This document shows, piece after piece, positions 36,913 through 44,991 of a stretch of DNA of 64,000 nucleotides. The DNA lies in the IMG/VR virus record IMGVR_UViG_3300044632_001003, positions 124,001-188,000 of that record; one strand, 5' to 3'. The translations under genes were made by a program, and so were the position numbers. Position 1 is the stretch's first letter. Each line of letters begins with the position of its first letter. The notes under the pieces are model-generated. The model was not told the origin of the DNA. It made no database searches and saw only the letters and a list, made by a program, of their open reading frames with translations.

Positions 36913-37032
36913 TGAATATGCAGGTTGCAGGATTCCTCCATCTTGGTCATCATCGTCATCGTGGTCTTCAGTAAAAATAACGATAAGTGCGAATGCGAAG
37001 ATGACCAAGTATAGAAGATACTGTGCGGTCAC
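36898..37032 (-). CDS. Small membrane protein (44 aa)
   Basis: GTG start overlapping the psbD stop; TM helix then [16 protein letters not shown]. Confidence 0.65.
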   Translation of the reverse strand: MTAQYLLYLVIFAFALIVIFTEDHDDDDDQDGGILQPAYSQGGA

Positions 37033-38090
37033 AGTGCGTTGCCTCTTGGTAGAACTTCCTCTGGGAACACAAAGTTCTCATGAGGTTGATCTACTGGTGC
37101 CATCCACGCTCTAAGTCCCTCATTAAGGAGGATATTCTTCGTATAGAACGTCTCAAACTCTGGATCCTCTGCCGCTCTAATCTCCTGAGATACAAAGTCG
37201 TAAGCACGGAGGTTAAGAGCAAGACCGATGATGCCGATAGAAGAAGTCCAGAGACCCATAACTGGAACGAAAAGCATAAAGAAGTGCAACCAACGCTTAT
37301 TACTAAAAGCAATACCGAAGATCTGAGACCAGAATCGGTTCGCAGTAACCATAGAATACGTCTCTTCCTCTTGAGTTGGTTCAAATGCTTTGAAAGTGTT
37401 TGCTTGATCACTATCTTCAAATAACGTGTTTTCTACTGTTGCTCCATGAATCGCACAGAGTAGTGCTCCACCCAGAATACCAGCAACTCCCATCATATGG
37501 AAGGGGTTGAGAGTCCAGTTGTGGAAACCCTGAAGAAACAGAAGGAACCTGAAGATAGCAGCAACTCCAAAAGAAGGTGCGAAGAACCAACTGGATTGAC
37601 CAAGAGGATACATCAAGAATACAGAAACGAATACTGCGATGGGACCAGAGAATGCGATTGCGTTATAAGGACGGATACCTACAAGACGGGCAATCTCAAA
37701 CTGACGAAGCATAAACCCTATAAGAGCGAAGGCTCCGTGGAGTGCCACAAAAGGCCAGAGTCCCCCAAGTTGGCACCACCTGACGAAATCCCCTTGAGCC
37801 TCAGGACCCCAGAGCAGAAGAAGAGAATGACCCATAGCGTCTGCTGGAGTACTAACTGCCGCAGTAAGAAAGTTTGCACCCTCAAGATAGGAACTTGCCA
37901 ACCCGTGAGTATACCAACTCGTAACGAAAGTTGTCCCAGTAAGCCAACCACCAAGAGCAAGGTAAGCAGTGGGAAAAAGAAGAAGTCCAGACCAGCCAAC
38001 AAAAACGAAACGGTCTCTCTTAAGCCAGTCGTCGAGTACATCGAACCATCCCCTTTGTTGAATTGGTTTTGAAAGTGTAGAAGAAGTCAT
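37029..38090 (-). CDS. psbD: Photosystem II D2 protein
   Basis: [17 protein letters not shown]...[10 protein letters not shown]; uninterrupted. Confidence 0.99.
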   Translation of the reverse strand: MTSSTLSKPIQQRGWFDVLDDWLKRDRFVFVGWSGLLLFPTAYLALGGWLTGTTFVTSWYTHGLASSYLEGANFLTAAVSTPADAMGHSLLLLWGPEAQGDFVRWCQLGGLWPFVALHGAFALIGFMLRQFEIARLVGIRPYNAIAFSGPIAVFVSVFLMYPLGQSSWFFAPSFGVAAIFRFLLFLQGFHNWTLNPFHMMGVAGILGGALLCAIHGATVENTLFEDSDQANTFKAFEPTQEEETYSMVTANRFWSQIFGIAFSNKRWLHFFMLFVPVMGLWTSSIGIIGLALNLRAYDFVSQEIRAAEDPEFETFYTKNILLNEGLRAWMAPVDQPHENFVFPEEVLPRGNAL

Positions 38091-38152
38091 AGCCTCCTTT
38101 TGTTATTTCTCATATTTATCTTAACATTTTTTAACAAAGAGGTCAATGAGTA

Positions 38153-38590
38153 TTAGTGCTCATCCCTATGCCGTTTAACATACTCAATCATATTTCTAAT
38201 TAATTCAACATCTTCATTTACATAACCAATAGTTCTGTTGCAGACATTGCAGAGAAGTCCACGAACCTCACCAGTTTTATGATTGTGGTCAACATAAAAA
38301 ACATCTACTCCACCACCTCTACCAGATTTTCTACCTTTCGGGTCAGTGGAATTGCAAATAGCACACTTATGCCCTTGCTTTTCTAACAGAGTATTATATT
38401 CCTCAATACCAATACCATAAACTCTTTTCAAATTTTCATCCCTCTTTTTTACTGGGTCATAATTTTCTTGTTGCTTTTTTACATAACATTTTTTACATTT
38501 TCCGTGATGCCCATATGGACTACCATTTCTTACAGTTTGATAAAAGTCTGTAAGTGGTTTTAACTGATTGCAGATTTTACAAGTTTTCAT
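38153..38590 (-). CDS. Free-standing Endonuclease VII-type homing endonuclease (F-CphI-like)
   Basis: CKIC...CKKC zinc motif; CAIC...DHNHKTGEVRGLLCNVCNRTIG; between psbA and psbD. Confidence 0.88.
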   Translation of the reverse strand: MKTCKICNQLKPLTDFYQTVRNGSPYGHHGKCKKCYVKKQQENYDPVKKRDENLKRVYGIGIEEYNTLLEKQGHKCAICNSTDPKGRKSGRGGGVDVFYVDHNHKTGEVRGLLCNVCNRTIGYVNEDVELIRNMIEYVKRHRDEH

Positions 38591-38640
38591 AGTCGGTTTA
38601 TTTGTTAAAGTTATTATACCATAACTTTAAGTATTTAGCA

Positions 38641-38666
38641 ATAAAAAAGACCCCTTTCGGGGTCTC
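38641..38666 (-). terminator. psbA terminator
   Basis: AGACCCC-GAAA-GGGGTCT-T6. Confidence 0.9.
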
Positions 38667-38686
38667 CGTTAGAAAATTCTAACTTA

Positions 38687-39769
38687 TCAACCAATCGCAG
38701 GAGCAGTCAAGGCAACAGGAGTTGCTTCGGCAGCAGCGAGGTCCAGAGGAAAGTTATGGGCGTTTCTCTCATGCATCACTTCCATTCCGAGTCCAGCACG
38801 GTTCAGGACATCTGCCCAAGTGTTGAGCACACGACCCTGACTATCCAGGATACTCTGATTGAAATTCAGTCCGTTGAGATTAAAAGCCATCGTGGAAACA
38901 CCAAGAGCGGTGAACCAGATGCCTACAACAGGCCAGGCAGCAAGGAAGAAGTGCAGCGAACGTGAGTTATTGAACGAAGCATATTGGAAAATAAGGCGTC
39001 CAAAGTAACCGTGAGCAGCAACGATGTTATAGGTCTCTTCTTCTTGACCAAACTTGTAACCATAGTTCTGGGACTCGTTCTCAGTGGTTTCACGAACCAG
39101 CGAGGAAGTAACCAGAGAACCGTGCATTGCACTGAACAGAGAACCACCGAAGACACCAGCAACTCCAAGCATATGGAAGGGGTGCATCAGGATGTTGTGC
39201 TCTGCCTGGAACACAAGCATGTAGTTGAAAGTACCAGAGATACCCAGAGGCATCGCATCAGAGAACGAACCTTGACCGAAAGGATAGACCAGGAACACTG
39301 CACTCGCAGCAGCAACAGGTGCGCTATAAGCAACACAGATCCATGGACGCATACCAAGACGGTAGGAAAGTTCCCACTCACGACCCATATAAGCATAGAT
39401 ACCGATCAGGAAGTGGAACACAACCAGTTGGAAAGGACCACCGTTGTAAAGCCACTCATCTAGGGAAGCAGCTTCCCAGATGGGGTAAAAGTGCAGTCCA
39501 ATAGCATTGGACGAAGGAATCACAGCACCAGAGATGATGTTGTTTCCGTACATGAGTGAACCAGCAACGGGTTCACGGATACCATCGATATCCACAGGGG
39601 GAGCACCGATGAATGCGATGATGAAGCAAGTCGTAGCAGCAAGCAGACAGGGAATCATCAGAACGCCAAACCAACCCACATAGAGGCGGTTATCGGTTGA
39701 AGTAACCCAGTTGCAGAACTGTTCCCAAATATTCGATTGTGATTTTTGACGTGAAAGAGTAGCAGTCAT
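38687..39769 (-). CDS. psbA: Photosystem II D1 protein (E130, intronless)
   Basis: [13 protein letters not shown]...GREWELSY...[13 protein letters not shown]. Confidence 0.99.
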   Translation of the reverse strand: MTATLSRQKSQSNIWEQFCNWVTSTDNRLYVGWFGVLMIPCLLAATTCFIIAFIGAPPVDIDGIREPVAGSLMYGNNIISGAVIPSSNAIGLHFYPIWEAASLDEWLYNGGPFQLVVFHFLIGIYAYMGREWELSYRLGMRPWICVAYSAPVAAASAVFLVYPFGQGSFSDAMPLGISGTFNYMLVFQAEHNILMHPFHMLGVAGVFGGSLFSAMHGSLVTSSLVRETTENESQNYGYKFGQEEETYNIVAAHGYFGRLIFQYASFNNSRSLHFFLAAWPVVGIWFTALGVSTMAFNLNGLNFNQSILDSQGRVLNTWADVLNRAGLGMEVMHERNAHNFPLDLAAAEATPVALTAPAIG

Positions 39770-39789
39770 TTGTAATAAACAGGTAGTAA

Positions 39790-39890
39790 GACCATCAGGG
39801 AAATGGTGGAGATACTATGCTCCCCGCACCCTTAGCGGGGATATGAGAGACGTAATTTATACACCCATAGGTCTCGGTTAGCGGGTGTTG
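39790..39890 (-). ncRNA. PhotoRC-II-like structured psbA leader RNA
   Basis: GAGAC/GTCTC stem crossing TATGGG/CTCATA stem; CCCCGC/GCGGGG hairpin; 5' of phage psbA. Confidence 0.65.
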
Positions 39891-39930
39891 CAAACATTAA
39901 GGATTTGTTACATTCTTTAACGTGTTGATG

Positions 39931-39973
39931 TATTTATATTAACACAAAAAAACACCCCCGTCAAGGGGGTGTG
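39931..39973 (-). promoter_or_regulatory. Terminator + sigma70 promoter + late promoter upstream of psbA
   Basis: CACCCCC-TTGAC-GGGGGTG-T run; TTGACG-17-TAATAT; overlapping TATAAATA. Confidence 0.8.
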
Positions 39974-39990
39974 CCAGTTTTGGAATTGTC

Positions 39991-40203
39991 CTACTTGCTA
40001 TAGACTCCTCTTGGGAACACTTGTCCTGTTTGAGGTCTTCTTCCTGTTAAGAATCCAGGTCTTGTTTCATTAAAACTAATATCTCTATTTTCCTGAACTG
40101 GAATACTATTATTTACGGTAAAAGTTGTCTGAACTCCAACTGGAGAAGTTGAAGCAAATCCAACAACAGCAGTTCCTAGATTAGGAATTGAAAAATCTGC
40201 CAT
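39991..40203 (-). CDS. Small conserved cyanophage virion-cluster protein
   Basis: RPGFLTGRRPQTGQVFPRGVYSK. Confidence 0.7.
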   Translation of the reverse strand: MADFSIPNLGTAVVGFASTSPVGVQTTFTVNNSIPVQENRDISFNETRPGFLTGRRPQTGQVFPRGVYSK

Positions 40204-41750
40204 CAGACCTTCCTCGCACAGAAGAGAATTCCAGCGGTCTCATTGGACTTGTTATAAGAACCAGTAATCACAGTATAAACTTCAGAACCACTGATTGTGA
40301 TTGTATCTCCCTGTTTGATATCTTGTCCCGATGCAGTTAGTTTGAAATCAATCAATACAAAATCATCAGGCATATAATAAGGACAAGGAATTAGATTTCC
40401 ATTAATAGGAATACCTTTAATTACAGATGCATATGTTGTAATTGGATATCTATTTCCATAAGTTCTTGTGGAACTCTCAATGGTTAAAGTTCCTGTATTT
40501 TTAAAACTACTATTCCTTGAAAAGATTGTTGCTTCATTAGAACTAGGATCTTCATAGTCATTACCAGCAGTTCCACCTCCAGTCGAATTTGTATATGACG
40601 TTTGAGATGATGCTATTGAATAATTTTGAGCAGCCAGTCCATAGCGACTATTTTCACTATAAATCTGAGACCATCCTGCTTCTGCTGATCTTAAGCTTAT
40701 ATTCTGTTCAGTAAGATACTTCATTCCAGTTAGATAAGTTCTAAATCCAAGATGAGCAGAATCTCCACCATTTGTATTAATAGAAGGTCTAGGCATAACA
40801 ACAGTAAGTCCAGCAGAAAATACTTCATCAAAATTATATAAACTTGAAGTGAAATTATGGACAATAAATGTTGAAAACGTACTATCGTTCAGTGTTCCAG
40901 AGACTGTTGGTTGTGAATAGGAAAGAACGGCAAAATTAGGATCAATACCAGAACGATAAATGTTTAGATTAAGGTCATGAGTTGTTGGTGAGTTTAATGT
41001 TGCAAATCTAAAAACATCTTCATATTGTGCAGAAATTTGTGCATAAGCATCATTGGATCGATCCAATGATGTCTGAGTACCTAGCGATTCTCTAGAGATA
41101 TCTAAAAATTCTGTTCCCCTAAAAGAATCTCTATAGTATCCACCTCTATTGTTAACGTTATCTACATTGTATGGGAAAAATGATGATCCAGCAACTAATG
41201 TCATTTGATAGTTACTATAAACCTTAAATCCCCTATAGGTTACTCCAAATCTTTTGTTTGTATCAAAGTCCTGTTTTAATACTCCCCAAGGACGAGTGCT
41301 ATCATTAGAAGGTGTGAAGTTTTTATCAAAAAATTGATTGGTTGATCCATATCCAACTGGAGATGCACCACCATCAACATTTACAGTAATTCCTATCGCA
41401 ACCGCAGATCCGCCACCAATATCAGCAGCAGATAGAGTTACATATTCTCCTTGAACATAATTTTCTCCTGGACGATTGACATAAACAGCAGATATTGAAC
41501 CACTAGTTCTACTAATATCAAATGTTGCTCCTGTCCCAATACCAGTTGTAGTTGCGACAGGAACATCATAATAATATGTACCAGAAGATCCAACCGTTCC
41601 ACCACCACTATAAGAACTAATACTGGTCACAAGTCCTGATATCTGAGTTCCGTGCAATTCTAACCAAGTGAATGCTTGCTCCAACTGATCAATCACATCA
41701 GTTCTTGCCCATCCTACTGATTTTGTAAATGTTGTAGTCGTAATAGCCAT
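40203..41750 (-). CDS. Virion structural protein
   Basis: GWARTDVIDQL...KGIPINGNLIPCPYYMPDDFVLI...GDTITISGSEVYTVI. Confidence 0.7.
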   Translation of the reverse strand: MAITTTTFTKSVGWARTDVIDQLEQAFTWLELHGTQISGLVTSISSYSGGGTVGSSGTYYYDVPVATTTGIGTGATFDISRTSGSISAVYVNRPGENYVQGEYVTLSAADIGGGSAVAIGITVNVDGGASPVGYGSTNQFFDKNFTPSNDSTRPWGVLKQDFDTNKRFGVTYRGFKVYSNYQMTLVAGSSFFPYNVDNVNNRGGYYRDSFRGTEFLDISRESLGTQTSLDRSNDAYAQISAQYEDVFRFATLNSPTTHDLNLNIYRSGIDPNFAVLSYSQPTVSGTLNDSTFSTFIVHNFTSSLYNFDEVFSAGLTVVMPRPSINTNGGDSAHLGFRTYLTGMKYLTEQNISLRSAEAGWSQIYSENSRYGLAAQNYSIASSQTSYTNSTGGGTAGNDYEDPSSNEATIFSRNSSFKNTGTLTIESSTRTYGNRYPITTYASVIKGIPINGNLIPCPYYMPDDFVLIDFKLTASGQDIKQGDTITISGSEVYTVITGSYNKSNETAGILFCARKV

Positions 41751-41757
41751 TTGTTAC

Positions 41758-42915
41758 TTATGCCTCCAGTTGAAGAAGTGTTAGATTTACAGAAATACTT
41801 GAAGTGACTCCAGAAAGATTCGTGATTGCTGCATAAACTGTAGTATCAGCAGGGTTATTCAAATTACCACCCATTACAAAAGGAGATATGATTTGCGTTG
41901 TTGAAATGCCTGTGGTGATAACCTCAGCAATCACTCCACTTCCAGGTGATGGATCAATACCAATCGAACGAGAGGCATCAGCAGAGCGAGATGCACTATC
42001 AGTATATAGTCTCAACCAACCTGCAGTAGAAAGACCAACCTTCATTAATGAGTAAGACTTAAATCCAGTAATATTAGTATTGCCAATTCCATTATTTGGA
42101 ATTGATGTTGTAACTCCAGATACTATTGTCCTTGATTTAAGAGTATTAGATCCAGAGAATGATGTTGCTGTGACTACACCAGTAAAGGATGCTTGAGTTC
42201 CAAATAAAGACGCAGAATGAGTGGCAATTCCAACAAATGTAGAAACACCAGAAACACTTAATTGGTTGGTAAAGGTAGTTCCATTGATTGTTACACCAGC
42301 ACCGAGAGTTTCAAACTTTTTAACATCATCATAATAAAGTTCGTTGGCACCATTCGCAACAAATCTTGCAATACCACCACCAGTTGAAGCATTACTAATA
42401 TAAAATTCTGCATTATCAAGTAATTGATATATAACTCGACTTCCTCCAGTTCCACCAGTCTGTTGAAAATTGAAAGTTACATCATCATTAGCAGCACTAT
42501 ATGAGAGTGAAAAAACATTTTCATCAGTAGGTGTTTTTAATGATAAAATTCCATTGTAAATATCGACATTAGTTCTAAATGTAGAAACACCAACAACATC
42601 CAGTTGCTTAGAAAATAAAGTAGATCCAGTAACTGTAGTGATTCCAGCAAATGTAGAAACACCAGAAACATTTAGATTACTTAAATTTGTCTGTCCTCTA
42701 ACATCCAAGTCCCCTGTTGGAACTGTCGTGCCTATACCAATTGATTTTCCAGTTCCAACAATAATATTGGAGGTTACCTGACCACCAATGGTTACATCTG
42801 TGCTGATTGCGACAGTGACAGCATTAAGATTTAAATTATTAGGACTAGTTAAGTTTGGAGTGCCAGAAGCACCAATCAGATCTATCTGTTTTACTCCAAA
42901 TTTCTTATCTGCCAT
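41758..42915 (-). CDS. Tail-fibre-like structural protein
   Basis: IGIGTT, repeated VSGVSTF, GFKSYSLMKV...AGWLRLYTD...SGVIAEVIT. Confidence 0.7.
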   Translation of the reverse strand: MADKKFGVKQIDLIGASGTPNLTSPNNLNLNAVTVAISTDVTIGGQVTSNIIVGTGKSIGIGTTVPTGDLDVRGQTNLSNLNVSGVSTFAGITTVTGSTLFSKQLDVVGVSTFRTNVDIYNGILSLKTPTDENVFSLSYSAANDDVTFNFQQTGGTGGSRVIYQLLDNAEFYISNASTGGGIARFVANGANELYYDDVKKFETLGAGVTINGTTFTNQLSVSGVSTFVGIATHSASLFGTQASFTGVVTATSFSGSNTLKSRTIVSGVTTSIPNNGIGNTNITGFKSYSLMKVGLSTAGWLRLYTDSASRSADASRSIGIDPSPGSGVIAEVITTGISTTQIISPFVMGGNLNNPADTTVYAAITNLSGVTSSISVNLTLLQLEA

Positions 42916-42932
42916 TTCTCTTTTTTAAGTAT

Positions 42933-44990
42933 TTAGGATTGGGTGAATAAAATGCCAGACATCTGGACACCAGAAATTGAACTCTGCTGATTAGTTGCAA
43001 AAGGGTTTCGAAGGACTTTCTTAGGAGCACCTCTCAAACTACCATTACCACGAACATTATAAGAATCATTAGTACTAGATGCAGAATCAAAAGTAGCATT
43101 ATAAGTCTGTGACCAATATCCCGTAGAATTTGGGTCTGGATATGGATCTGACAAATTGATTTCTACACTTCCATGTCTATCTAACCACTCATGTACATCT
43201 GCTTGCGTTGCTTTTCGATTTGATTCAAGATACAAAGCAATTGCTGAACAAGTATTTGGTCCTGCAGAGCTGGTGCCATTAAACCAAGTATCATAAAAAG
43301 TTATATTATCCTGTCTCGCAAAATCTTCATATGTGGATGTATATCCTGCAGCCATGGTCATTTCTGCAGGTGCCCAAACATTAATCATTGGACCAGAGTT
43401 AGAATAACAAACTCTCCTGATTGCATATGGAGTAGATCCTTGCTTTGAATCTGCTGGCTCTACAGAACAATCTAAAGCACCCACTCGTATAGTTCCTTTT
43501 TTCCTCTCATGAATGCCAGTGAATCCTCTACTAACCCCCCCACAACGATTAACATAATTCGTTGTGGAACTATACCAATTATTAAAATCTACATCAGTTT
43601 CATCAGAAAACTTTTGATTTTGATTTCCTGCAGATGTTACAACGATACATCCAGCAGCAATGGCATTTTCTGCTGAAGCACTTGTTGTTGCAGAATGTGG
43701 AGTATATTCACCGCTGCCAGAATAAGCAGATAAAGCGGTTCCCCCACCAGTATTATAAGTAAAAGATTTTGTATTTCTGCAAGCACCAGCATTTGCCTGA
43801 ACAGTGAAACTACTTCCATTGCCAGTATAACTTAATGTTGCACCTCGATATCCATGACTATATGGAGTACCATTTGTATTACCAGTTGTTGAAGTCTGAC
43901 CCCAACTATTATTAATAATCGTAGGATCTGGATTTCCATTCTGAGCAATTCTTTTTGCCTGGTGCCAAATAGTACAAATATCCAGTGCTGATGACCCAGC
44001 AATATATCCACCTACTCCACTAAGAGAAATTCTAATATTCCATAAGTTGCACTCAAATGCTAATCCAAAAGATTTACCACCGATTTGAGAAGCACAAGCA
44101 GTCCCATGACCATCAACCAATTGATTACTACTCGCATTAGAAGTTTTAGTTGCTACATGAGGAACAGTATATAAAGCAGTTACCGAAACTGTTCCTAAAC
44201 TTTGAAACGCAGCAGAGCGACTAGCTGCAGTGCTCCACCATGCAGCAGCTGCAGTTGTCACAATACCAACTCCAAGATTCACGCCATCCACAATCTTAGT
44301 ATAAGTTAAACCCCTACTTGTAAAGTAATCAGGATCAACTTTATATGGACCATCAAGAATTACATCTTTAACTCTATAAGTTCCATCTGGACTTTGAAAT
44401 TCTGGATGCAAATGAGCAACTCCAGAATCAATAATGACTGCATCAACTCCTCTACCCGTCAAAGAATATTCAACATCACTCTCAGCATACGTTGTGCTAG
44501 TAACACCAACTCCTTTAAATGGCAAACTCGTGGGATTAGTAACAAATAAGTGAGACCAATTAGAACGAGTCTCATTTAGAAAATAAGTTGTCTCAGTATC
44601 AAAAGCAGCGACTAATTCAGGTTTATTAAATGCAATTGGTTTTTTATATCTTAGAGTATCGGTCGATTGTGGTTGCGGATACTTTTCTGGATTCAATTCC
44701 ACACTTTCAATTTTAGGATGAGACTTGAGAACTTCTGCCTCTTCCTGACTCATCAAATAAATCGAAGTTCTAAGAGAATGTTCTTGAGTGTTTATGCAGG
44801 GTATTGCCCTATTTGGAATTCCATCAATCTCATTTTCATTGATGATGTAACCATGAATCTCTTCCCAATCTCCAGCATCCTCAACAACAACAATATATTC
44901 ATCAATAGGGTCTGGAGAATACTCTATGACAGGAGTTTCTGGAGATAGAACAATCTCAACATCTTCTGATATGGGAAGTAATCGTGTCAT
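42933..44990 (-). CDS. Subtilisin-like S8 serine peptidase
   Basis: Triad IDSG, HGTACAS, GTSSAGP; SAGN oxyanion motif. Confidence 0.88.
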   Translation of the reverse strand: MTRLLPISEDVEIVLSPETPVIEYSPDPIDEYIVVVEDAGDWEEIHGYIINENEIDGIPNRAIPCINTQEHSLRTSIYLMSQEEAEVLKSHPKIESVELNPEKYPQPQSTDTLRYKKPIAFNKPELVAAFDTETTYFLNETRSNWSHLFVTNPTSLPFKGVGVTSTTYAESDVEYSLTGRGVDAVIIDSGVAHLHPEFQSPDGTYRVKDVILDGPYKVDPDYFTSRGLTYTKIVDGVNLGVGIVTTAAAAWWSTAASRSAAFQSLGTVSVTALYTVPHVATKTSNASSNQLVDGHGTACASQIGGKSFGLAFECNLWNIRISLSGVGGYIAGSSALDICTIWHQAKRIAQNGNPDPTIINNSWGQTSTTGNTNGTPYSHGYRGATLSYTGNGSSFTVQANAGACRNTKSFTYNTGGGTALSAYSGSGEYTPHSATTSASAENAIAAGCIVVTSAGNQNQKFSDETDVDFNNWYSSTTNYVNRCGGVSRGFTGIHERKKGTIRVGALDCSVEPADSKQGSTPYAIRRVCYSNSGPMINVWAPAEMTMAAGYTSTYEDFARQDNITFYDTWFNGTSSAGPNTCSAIALYLESNRKATQADVHEWLDRHGSVEINLSDPYPDPNSTGYWSQTYNATFDSASSTNDSYNVRGNGSLRGAPKKVLRNPFATNQQSSISGVQMSGILFTQS

Positions 44991-44991
44991 A

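Noticed and set aside
37029-39769. Introns in psbA or psbD
   Set aside because: Both reading frames are continuous and full length
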